A DNA stretch of 64,000 bases from Scenedesmus sp. PABB004 (lineage: Eukaryota): the NCBI GenBank assembly GCA_014905635.1, contig JABVCE010000003.1, positions 806,001 to 870,000 on the forward strand. Direction: 5' to 3'. Below, piece by piece: positions 47,532-57,817 of this stretch. The notes under the pieces are model-generated. The model saw only the letters and a list, made by a program, of their open reading frames with translations. It was not told where the DNA came from and made no database searches. How positions within the stretch are numbered: position 1 is the first letter of the stretch; every line of letters begins with the position of its first letter. A program made the translations under genes and the position numbers.

Positions 47532-50290
47532 TCAGCGGTCCGTGTCGGTCCTGGCCTTGCCCGTCACGGCGCGACCGGCGCTGCCGCCCGAGGCCGCGAC
47601 GGCCTTGCCGGCCTTGCTCCAGCGCTCAACCAGCTCGCCGTCGCCCTTGTTGACGGCGCCCAGCCACGCCTCGCTGCGGTGCGCGGGCGGCGGGCGCGGC
47701 CGTCGGGGCCGGGCGGGGCGCGGGGGGGGGGGGGGGCGGCGGGCGGCGCGGTGCGGCCCCTCCCCCGATCTGCCCGCGCGCCGCGTCTGCCGCCCGCACT
47801 CGTTCAGCGCCTGGTGGCCGCCCGGCTCGTCGTCGCCGCCGTCCGCGGCGTCGCCGCGCAGCTCCGCGGCCATGATGCCGGTGACTTTGAACTTGGTCGC
47901 ACCGCTCGAGCTCCGGGCCGCAACCGTCACCGACAGCCGGCAGCCAGCAGCCCCGTTCCGCATGGGCGCGGGCGCGGGGAAGAGGCGCAGCAGGTAGATG
48001 GTGGACGTGCGCTGCGCGTGGTGCGCGTCGATGAGCACCTCGCCGCACGCGCAGCCGCCGGCGCACCTGCGCGGCGCGGTCGCGCGGTCGGGGCGGCCGC
48101 GGCCGCGCGGGCCGCGGCACGCGCGCGCGCGCGTGCACGGAGCCAGGGGCCGCGCGGCCGCGCCCACCTGACCACGGCCGTGCCCATGCCCGCGTGGCTG
48201 CGCAGGTATGCGAGCTGCACCGCCAGCCGGCCGCCGCCGGCGCCGCCGCCGCCGCGCCGCGTCGCGTTGACTGAGAGCGGGATGACGAGCTCAGCGCCGA
48301 CCTGGCGCGGCGCGGCGCGGCGTCGGCCGCGGGCTGCGCGGCGCCGCGCCCGCCCGTCCGCGTATGCGCGGGCGACGCCGAGCGGCCTGCGCGCCGCCGC
48401 CTGCGGCCCCACCTGCCGCGTCACAAAACCAAACTTGGGTTTGAACGCGTCGCCCTCGTTGACCATTGCCCAGCCGCGCGACGACGACACGGCGCCCTCA
48501 AACGCCTTGCCGTGCACGCACAGCAGGTTCACCTCCTCCCAGTTGCCTGCGCGCCGGGCGGGCGTTGGCACGCGGCGCGCGCGCGCGGCGGCCGGCGGGG
48601 CGGGCGGGCGCTGCTGCTGCTGACCGCTGCCGCCCGCCGCGCCCGCCCGCGCACCCTCAAACATGGGCGGCGGCAGCGGCGCGGCGAGCTCGGCGTCGTC
48701 CGTGGCGCCCATCGGGTGCAGCGCCAGGCCCAGCGCGGCGGCCTGCAGGCCAAACATGGCCATGTCGGCGACGAGCGCGTGGCCCTGCTCCAGCACGTGA
48801 ACAAAGTCGTACCTGCACGTGGGGTTAAGGGAGGGGCAGGCTCTCAGCTGCTGCAGGCGCCGCGCCGCGCGCTGCAGGCGGCGGCGGCGGCGCCGGCGCG
48901 GCGGCGGCCTGCGCGCGCCCGCGCAGGCGCGCCCGCGCGCGCCGCTGGGGCAGGGTCCCGCCACCCACCCCTGGCCGTAGTAGTGTGTCCAGTTCATGCG
49001 GTGGTGGTGCAGCTCCGCGAGCCGCCACGCCGCGCCGCGCATGGAGAGGCTGGGCAGGTCGTAGTAGGAGGCGAGTGCGGCGTACGCGTCCTCCACGGTC
49101 GCGTCAAACCCCACCTTGCGCGGGTGCCCGCGCGCAAACGCCTGCCCGACCGTCGGCAGCTGCACCAGCACGACCGCGGGGCGGCGGGGCTGCGCGAGCA
49201 CCTGCGCGGCGCGCGCGGGCGGCGTCGCCCGGCGGCCCGGCGACGGCGGTGGCGGCGCGCTCGCGCGGTGCTGCTCCGGGCGGGCCCGACCTTTCGCAGC
49301 AGGCGCTCAAAGGTGCGCCGCTTGGCCGCGCTGGCGGTGTGGCCGTCGTTGACCGCGTACTCGACGAACACCAGGTCTGCGTCTGCGTCGAGGTGCTGCG
49401 AGGGCAGCATGCGGTGCATCGGCAGCGGGGCGGCGGGGCAGGGCGGGGTGGGCATGAGGGGGGGGGGGGGGGAGCGGGCACGCCGTGCCTGCCGTCGGGC
49501 ACCGCCGGAGCCGGCGCCGAGCGCGGCGAGCGCGGCGCGGCGAGCGGGGCCCGCACTTGCTCCAGGCACAGGCTCATCCACCCGCTCGGCGTCGCGGGCA
49601 CGGCGCCGTTGCGGGCGGCGACGTTGGCCGCAGGGAACGCGGCGCGCAGCCGCGCGGCGACGAGGGAGAGCCAGTCGGCCTCGCCGCGCTCGACGGCGCT
49701 GCCCCAGCTGATGCTGCCGCCGAGCACGGCCAGCTTGACCGGACGCCCGGCGCTGAGGTCGCGCAGCACTCTGCGCGCGCGGCAGGCGCGTTGGCGGGGG
49801 CGCGTGGCGGCACGCGCGGCCCGCGCGCGCGCGCGCGCGCGCGCGCTCACCGGCGCAGCCTGTGCATCGGCCCGGCGTGCGTGAGCGCGCGCTGCAGCTG
49901 CGTGGGGCTGGCGAACGCGGAGCCGTTGAGCAGCGGCCGCGCGACGCCGGCCAGGCTCGCGCCGCCGGGCAGCTTCACGCGCTCGAGCTGCGCAAAGTGC
50001 TCCGCCCAGAGCCTCGGGAACGCGGTGTGCCACGGCTCTTGGAACGCGGCCGGCAGCGCCGCGTCGGGCGTGAGCAGCGGGTCGCCCGGGCCCGGGAACG
50101 TGGCCTTGCCCAGCAGGCGGCGCAGCAAGCTCGGCGCTGGGCGGTGCCTCCAGAGCCACCGCGGCGACGCGTGCCGGCCCCGGTCGCCCGCCGCCGGCGG
50201 CGCCGCTGCCGCCGCGCTGCATGCCAGCAGCGCCAGCAGCAGCAGCACCGGTCGGCAGCACGCGGGGCCGCCGCGCCGGCACGCCCTCAT
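47532..50290 (-). CDS. Secreted/lumenal SGNH-hydrolase (GDSL-like) esterase/acyltransferase family protein, multi-exon
   Basis: Signal VLLLLALLACSAAAA; block I AVLGGSISWG; block II RNGAVPAT; block III DLVFVEYAVND; block V YDFVH..GHALVADM; C-terminal LAYLRSHAGMGTA..KFKVTGI as in algal members. Confidence 0.85.
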
Positions 50291-51150
50291 GTGCGCCCCC
50301 GGCCCTGCGCGCGTGCGCGGCAGCGGGTGAGCGGCGGGTGAGCGGCGCGCGGTGCACTCGGCCAGGCGGGTCTGGTCTGGGCAGGGCAAGGTGTTGCTGC
50401 GGCACGTGCACGATCTGGGGGGCGCTGCGGCCGGCGGCGGCAGCGGCACTCACCGGCAGCGGTTGCTGCTGCTCTCCAGGCGCCCGCAGCGGGGGTGGGG
50501 ATCGCTGCGCGGCGGCGCGTGGTGGAGGACAGCCCCGTGCCGCGCCACCCACGGCCCGGCGCGGCCCGCGCTGCGCCCAGCGCGCGGGGTGCTGCACGGC
50601 GCGGTGCGCGGACGCACGCAGAGAGCGCGTGTGCCGCGCGTGGGGCCGCTCTGACGGCCTTGCACGGAAGCGGCGGGGCGCTGGCTGGAACGCGGGCGGG
50701 GCGGGCTCAGCAGGCCGGACAGCACGGTCACCCGGCAGCAGACCTGCACGCGGCGCCCGTGCACGGTGGCGCCCCCGCCTCGTGCTCGGCAGCTCGATGC
50801 GACCTCCCACGCGCGGCACGCCCGCGCGCCGGGCCGGCGTCACCCGCGCCGCGCGCCGCTGCCCGCCGCGGCGCGTTGCCGGGCGGGCCCCTCTGAACGC
50901 GCCTTCGCGGCGCACCTACATGAGTGCGTCTTGTAAGGGCACTTGCGCTCACGCCAGCAGAGAAAAACTCACCCTCGGGTGCGCTCACAGCACAAACGCG
51001 CCGCGCGCGCGCCGCGCGCGCATTTACACTGGGCGCGTGTGCGCATCAGGGCCGGCTGGGGTTTCTCTTTCGCCGAACCACGGGCGCACTGCCGCCCTCT
51101 CTGCCACGATCGCGGGCCCGGCAGTCAGTCGCCGTCCACCCCGGGCGACG

Positions 51151-51995
51151 ATGGACGCCGCCGCAGCCGCGTTGTTGCTCGCTCTACCCGCTGCCTCCGC
51201 CCCTCTACCTGTCCGGCCTCACCCGCCGACGGTCCTCGCTGCTGCGTGACATGGGGCCGATCATGCTCGCGGCGGCAGCCTGGTACGACCCAGCTCGGCG
51301 ACGACGACCGCAACGAGGGCGACGACGACCACAGCGACGGTGAGGCGTGGGGCGAGCACGAGTCGTTCTACCCCGGCAAGCGGCCGCGGCACAACCTCGA
51401 CGCCGGTACGTCCGCCGCCGCCGCTGCCGCGCCCCCGGCCGGCCGCGGCGGCGGCCGCGGCGGCGGCCGCGGCCGCCGCCCGCGCGGCGGCGGCGGCGCC
51501 GGCGGCGGTGGCGTGGCCGCTGCCGCCGCCGTGCCCCCAGCGATGCCGCCCGCGCGGCCGGTGGTCAGCGGCGGCAGCCACGTGTCGGCGCTCACCCCAC
51601 TGGCCTCGGCGGCCGAGGTCGAGTCCAGCGAGCTGCTGGACCCGGTGGTTGCGGCGATCAGGGAGGCCGTCCAGGCTGACCTGAGCCGCCGCCGCGAGGA
51701 GATGCAGCTCCAGATGGACATGCACAGGTCGACTATGGAGTTGCACAGGTCGACTATGGAGTTGCAGGTGACGATGCACAACGAGCGAATGGAGCTGCTC
51801 AAGCAGCACCACGAGCTGCTCAAGCAGCACCAGGAGCAGCTCCTCAAGGTGCTGAGCTCCTCCTTCGCCGGTCACGGCGGGTGGCGGGCCGAGCCGGCGG
51901 CGCCGCCGCCCGCGGGCGGCGGCGCTGCCGCGGGCGCGGGCGCCGCGGACGGCGCACCAACCGCGGGCGGCGACGGCGCGGAGGCGGCCGAGTAA
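51151..51995 (+). pseudogene. Intronless, apparently frameshifted ORF with acidic/basic/RGG region and C-terminal coiled coil; possibly transposon-derived
   Basis: Coding-like 3' part ([65 protein letters not shown], stop TAA 51993-51995). Upstream ATGs at 51151 and 51251 are in other frames. Confidence 0.45.
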
Positions 51996-52134
51996 CTGCA
52001 GTGAAGACTATTACTCGGCCGCTTGCGCTTGCAGCGTGGCGTGCGCTTGCACATGCGTCGCTCGCAAGCGCCGCCGCTGCGCGTCACAAACGCGAGCGCC
52101 CCCGCACGACGGCCCCGGTGCAAACGCCCCACAG

Positions 52135-54185
52135 CTAGCCGCGCAGGCCGAGCAGGCGCCGCGCGTTGGCCATCTGCGCGCCGCACATGCCGCTCCAGTC
52201 GCAGGGGCCGAAGAACATGGGGTTGGCCACGACGATGAGCAGCAGGTTGGTCAGCGCGACTGCGGCCGGCTGCGGCAGCCGCCAGCCGCGCGCGGCGCAC
52301 GCGCGCGCGAGCGCGGCCTCGGCGGCGATGATGGGCGCCTGCACCGCGAAGAACGCGGGCCAGTGCGGCGCCCACAGCCCGGTCGCAAAGCGGAAGATCA
52401 GCGCGTGCTGCGGCCGCGCGGCCGCGCGGCCGCGCGAGGCGGGCGGGGCGGAGCGGGCGGGCGGGGACGCCGCTGGTGGGTTGGAGCGCGGCGGCGGCGC
52501 GCGAGCGGGCCTGCAGGGGCGCGGCGACGCAGCGCCGTGCCCCGGCCGCGGCGCGCCGCGCACCCAGAGGCCGGAGAAGGCAAACGTCGCCTGCAGCGCC
52601 GCGAAGCGCCGCAGCGTGCGCGAGCGGCGGCGGCCGCCGGCGCCGGCGCTGGCGCCGCGGCCGGGCGCCGACTGCGGGCGCGGCGCGGCGCCGGCTGGGC
52701 TGCTGCCATTGCTGCTGCCCGCCGGCGATGCGCCGCCGCCGCTCGCAGCGCTGGCCGCGATGCGGACGGCGCCGCCGCCCTTGGCGCCCGCGCGCGTGCG
52801 CGGCCCGGCGGCCGCGCCCTCGGACGGCGCCGGCGGCGCGCCGGCGAGCTCGGGCCCGGCCGGCGCCGCCGCCGCGGGCGCGCGCTGGGCGGCGCCGGCC
52901 GCTGGCGCGGCGGCCTGCTGCCCAGCCGGCAGCAGCCGGCCCTCCATGATGGGGTCATAGATCAGCACCCTGCGCGCGCCGGGCGGCGGCGGGCGGCAGC
53001 GCCGTCGCCGCAGCTCCCGGGGCCCGGCACCGCAGGGCGGCGCGGCCGAGCTGCCGCCCGCGCGGCGCTCGCGCGTGCGCCGTGCTGCCCCCCGGCGCCG
53101 CCCCGGCGCCGCGCGCGTCGCACCGCAGGCAGTAGGTGGCGGTCAGGTTCCAGCGGCGCGACCAGTAGTCGGCGAACGAGGTTGACAGCCAGGGCTTGTC
53201 GAACGACGGCGCGAGGCGCAGCCCGAGCGACAGCGTCACGGCGAGGCACCACGCGTCCCAGATTGCGCCGAGGCTGAGGCTGAGGCAGAGGGCATAGAAC
53301 CAGTGGCGCGCGAGCTCCGGCAGCACGGGCCACGTCGCGAGCGCCGCGGCGGCCGCCGCGCCGGTGGCCTTGGCGGCGTAGCTGCGCCCAAACGCGGCCG
53401 CCGTGGCCGGCGCGGCGCTCGACAGGCCCGCCGCGGCAGCCCCGGCGCCGCCGCCGCCGCTGAGCTTGAACGCTGCGGCACGGGCGCCCGCGGGCGGGCG
53501 GGGACTGAGGGGTGTGGCTGCGCACGGCGGCGCGGCGGCAGCGCGGTGCTGCGGTGTCGCGGTGCTGCGGCGGCGGCGGAGGGCCGCACCCGCGCTGGGG
53601 ATGACGGGCGCACACATGACGGCGCCAAAGTGCGGCAGCCGGTCCAGGCCCGGCAGCGCGAGCGGGCCGCGGCCGAGCGCAAACGCGGCGACCTGCGGCG
53701 GGCGCGCCGGCGGGCGGGCGGGCGCGTGCGGGCTTCAGAGAGCAGGCCTGCAGCTGCCGCGGCGCGGCCAGCAACGCGCCGCGCCTTGAAGGCAGCCAGC
53801 GAGAGCATGCCGGCGACGGGGACTGCGGCGCGGGCGGCACATGGCGCCGGCATCGGCGCGCGGGCGGGCAGCGGCTGCCGCCCTGCAGCGCCGCAGCGCG
53901 CACGGGGGCCCCTCCTGGAGTCTGCGCGCGCGCACCGATGAGCACCGGCATGCGCCGCCGGTCGACGAGCGCAGGCGTCGCGGCCAGGAGCGCGGCCACG
54001 ACCGGCGCGCAGGCCGCGGCGCGCGCGGCGCCGGGGCGCGCGCGGCGCGCGACGAGGAAGACCCACGCGCTCGCGGCGGCGGCGAGCGCGGCAAACAGCA
54101 CCCACGCGCGCGCGAGCTGCGCCGCGTCGCCGCCGCCGAGCGCCGCGCCCGCGGCTGCCAGCGCGGCGCCGAGCGGGCCGGCCAT
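52135..54185 (-). CDS. MBOAT-family wax synthase / long-chain-alcohol O-acyltransferase-like membrane protein, multi-exon
   Basis: FK|VAAFALGRGPL, LAPSFDKPWLSTSFADYWSRRWNLTATYCLR|VLIYDPI, ATFAFSGLW|HALIF (catalytic His), FFAVQA, several TM helices. Stop TAG 52135-52137. Confidence 0.9.
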
Positions 54186-54724
54186 GCCGTGCGTACGCCT
54201 CGTCGAGCCCTGGCCGCGTGCCGCGGGCGCCGCGGCGCTCGCGAGCAGGCCGAGGTCGGCGGCGGCGGCGGGTGCGAGGCGGCACGTCGCGCAACGGAGG
54301 GGCGTGCGTGGCGCGGTCGACGCGGTACGGCGGGACGGCAGGACCCAGCCGCCGCGGACGCCGCGCGCCGCCGCGGGCGTCGTCGCTGCGGCGCAAGGGC
54401 TCCGCCGCCGCCGGCGCGCGGGCGGCTCGCGCCCGCCGGCGTCGTAGCAGCAGCACCTGCGCCCGCCGTCGCCGCGTGTGGTTGCGCCAGCGCGTGGGAC
54501 GGCCCTCCGCAGAGCCAGCTCGGACCGACCTCGCGGCATGCGCACGCAGGAGGCCCCCCAGCAGTGCCACCGGCGGTGATCGTCGCTGGTGAGCTGCCGG
54601 GCGCGGGGGAAGGGCTGGGGGGCGCCTGCTGCTCTGCTGCTCCGCCGCTCCGCTGCTGCCGCCCGCGCCGCCGCACCCGGCCCCGCCCGCGCCGCCCCGG
54701 GACCGTCCTCAGGGCGGGGGCGGC

Positions 54725-55143
54725 ATGGCGGGGGCGGTGGACCTGCGGCAGCACCTGGTGCGCATCAACGCCGCCCGGCGCGCGGCGGAGGACCTGCGGT
54801 GCGAGGCGGCCGCGGTGAAGGCCGCGTCGCTGCGGGATGAGGCCCAGAAGCTCGTGGCCGAGGGCCAGGAGGTGGTGCGGGAGATAGAGGCGACGGTGCG
54901 GCGCGGCGGCGCTGCCGGCGGCACGCCCGCCCGCGCTCGCAGCCCCGCCGCCGCCCACGGCGCCGCCGCCCCGGCCGCGCAGGCGATGTCGCCCGACTGC
55001 AACCTGCTGCCGGAGACCATCGGCCGCGCGGCGCACAAGGCGGAGGAGGCGCTGCGCGTGCTGCAGGCGCGGGCGCGCGCGCGCGCGCCGCGGCGCGCGC
55101 CCTCCGCCGGCGCCGGCGCTGGCGCGGCGCGGCCGGCGCCCAC

Positions 55144-55174
<31 letters not shown>

Positions 55175-57768
55175 AGGGCAAGGTGGTCACGGCGGCGCGC
55201 GAGTCCAAGGGCAGCTTTCTGAGCAAGCTGGGGCTCGGCGGCTCGCACAAGAAGATCTTCAAGGTGCGGCCCGCCCGCCCGCACAGCTGCCTGCCGCCGC
55301 CAGCTGTGCGCCCACCACGCGCACGCGCGCGCGCGCCCGCCGACCCGCCGCGCCGCCCGCGGCCGCGCCGCGCCGGCGGGGCAGGAGGCGCGCGACGCGC
55401 TCGCGGCGGCGCGCGCCGCGCTCGCGGCCGAGGCGACGGGCGACCCGCTCACCGACGACGACGAGCCGGGGCCCGACCCCTCGGTCGGGCGCGGCGGCGG
55501 CGGCGGCGGCGGGCGGCGCCGCTGCGGCGGCCAGCCCCGGCGAGCTGCACCTGAGCTGGGAGCGCGGCGCCAAGGTGTCGGCGGTCGGGCTCGTGCCTGG
55601 TGAGGCCAGCGCGACGCTGTGGGTGGGGCTGAGCCGCAAGGTCGAGTTTTACGTCGGCTGCAGCGCGTCCGCGCGGCACGAGTACCCACTGCCTGACAAG
55701 GTGCGCGATGCAGCACGCCAGGCAGCGCGCCAGGCGGATCGCGACGGCGGCGGCTGGCGCACAGCGGCTGGCGCGCCGACGCACGCCCGCGGCGCGCGCG
55801 CCCGCGCGGCGGCGCCGCAGGCGCAGGCCATCACCGCCGTGGTCTGCGACGCCGCGCTGGGGCACGTGTGGACGGGGCACGCCGACGGCACGGTGCTGCT
55901 GCACGCGCGCGGGCAGTGGGGCGTCGGCGCGTGCCCCAGCGCCGTGGGCCTGCCGGTGCGGTCGCTCGCGGTCGACGCGCGGCACTACGCCTGGGCCGGC
56001 GACGACGCGGGCATCATACGCGTGCTGAGCCTCGACCCCGCCACGGGGCGTCTCGCGGCGCGCATGCAGCTGACGCCGCCGCAGGCCACCGGGCTGGTGC
56101 AGCTCGCGGCGCGGCGCGGGCCCGCCGAGGCCGCCGCCGCGGCGGCCGCCGCGGCGCCCAGCCCCGCGAGCGCGCCGCCGCCGCCGGGCGTCGCGGGGCG
56201 GGGCTTCCCGGTGGCGGCCATGCTCGGCCGCGCGGGCGTCGTGGTCAGCGCGGGCGGCAAGTGGGCGACCGCGCTCACGGTGTGGCACGCCCAGAGCTAC
56301 AGCGAGCTCGAGGTCGCCGCGTGCGACAGCTTTGGCGCGACGCAGGCGCTCGCGCTGCTGCCTTGGGCGGACGACGACGGCGGGGAGGAGGGCGACGGCG
56401 GCGCGGCGGCGGGCGTGCCCGCCGCCGGCATTGCGGTCGGCTGGGCCGCCGGCGCGCCGCGCGCGACCGTGCCGCAGCGCGTCCTCGCCGCGAGCGCGGC
56501 CGGCGCCGGCGGCGGCGCCGCGCGCGGGCCCGGCGGGGCGGGCTCCTTTGGCGCCAAGGCCGCCCCGGACGGCGCGGAGTATCGGGGCTGGCGGCTGCTG
56601 TCGGGCCACGAGCGCGGCCAGGTTCTGGTGTGGCAGGTGCGGCCGGCGGGCCGCGCCGGCGGGCCGCGCCCGCTGCACCTGGTCGCCGCCATCGGCGACG
56701 CGCGGCCGCACTGGTGAGCGCGCGCGGACAGGGGCGGCGCGTGCGGCGCGCCGCGCCGTGCGCCGGGTGCCGCGCCGGATGGTGCTGGGGCTCACCCGCC
56801 GCCGCGCCCGCCCGCGCAGCGCTGTGCGCGGCATGGCCGTCTTGCCCGACTGGTCCATGCTCGTCCTGGCGCACGCCTCGGGCGCGCTCTCGCTGCTGCC
56901 CGCGCCCTCCGCGAGCAACGGCGCCGCGCCGGCGCCGGGCGCCGCGCCCAGCGCGTTTGCGGCGGTCGGCGTGCCCGCGCTGCCGGGCGCGCCGGCGCTC
57001 GGCCACGCCAGCGGCGGCGGGCTGCACGTCTGGCGGCCGCGTGTGGCGAGCATCAAGGCACACAAGTCGGGCATCGTTGCCACCACCGCGCTGGTGCGTG
57101 CTGCAGGCCGCCGCGCCGCCCCGCCGCGCGCCCGCGTGCCGCCCGCGTGCCGCCCGCGGGCCCTCGCCCGAGCCCCCGCCGCCGCGCCGTGCCGCGCCGC
57201 GCCGCGCCCCGCCGGGGCAGGGCGAGCTGCTGGTGACGGCGAGCGCTGCGACGGTCAAGTCCTGGACGGCAGAGCGGCTCAAGCTGGAGGCGCAGGGCGA
57301 CGGCGTGATGTTTGCCCGCGCCAGCTCGGCCGCGGGCGGCAGCGCGCCGGCGTCGGGCGGCGGCGACGCACCGAGCAGCGCCGGCAGCGAGCTGCCCGAC
57401 CGCGCCGCCGCGGCCGCGGCCGCGCTCGCGGCGGCCGAGGCGGAGCTCGCGGCCGAGGCGGCGGCCGAGGCGGCGGCCGCCGCGAGCAGCCAGGACGGCT
57501 CCGGCGCGCCGCCGCCGGCGGCGAGCAGCAGCGACGCGACGTCGGGGTCGTCCGCGCCGCCGGCGCGGCTGCCTGCGCGGTGCAGCGCCAGCAACCCGAT
57601 GTCGCGCGCCGGCGCGGCGCAGCGCGGCCTGCGCGTCGACGCCAAGGGCACCGTGCTGCTCAGCGGCCCGTCCAGCGGCAGCGCGCCGCCGAGCAGCGCG
57701 TTTGGCGCCTTCCCCGGCGGCGGCGGCCTGGCGGCCATGCCCACCACAATGGGCTTTGGCGCCCAGGT

Positions 57769-57817
<49 letters not shown>

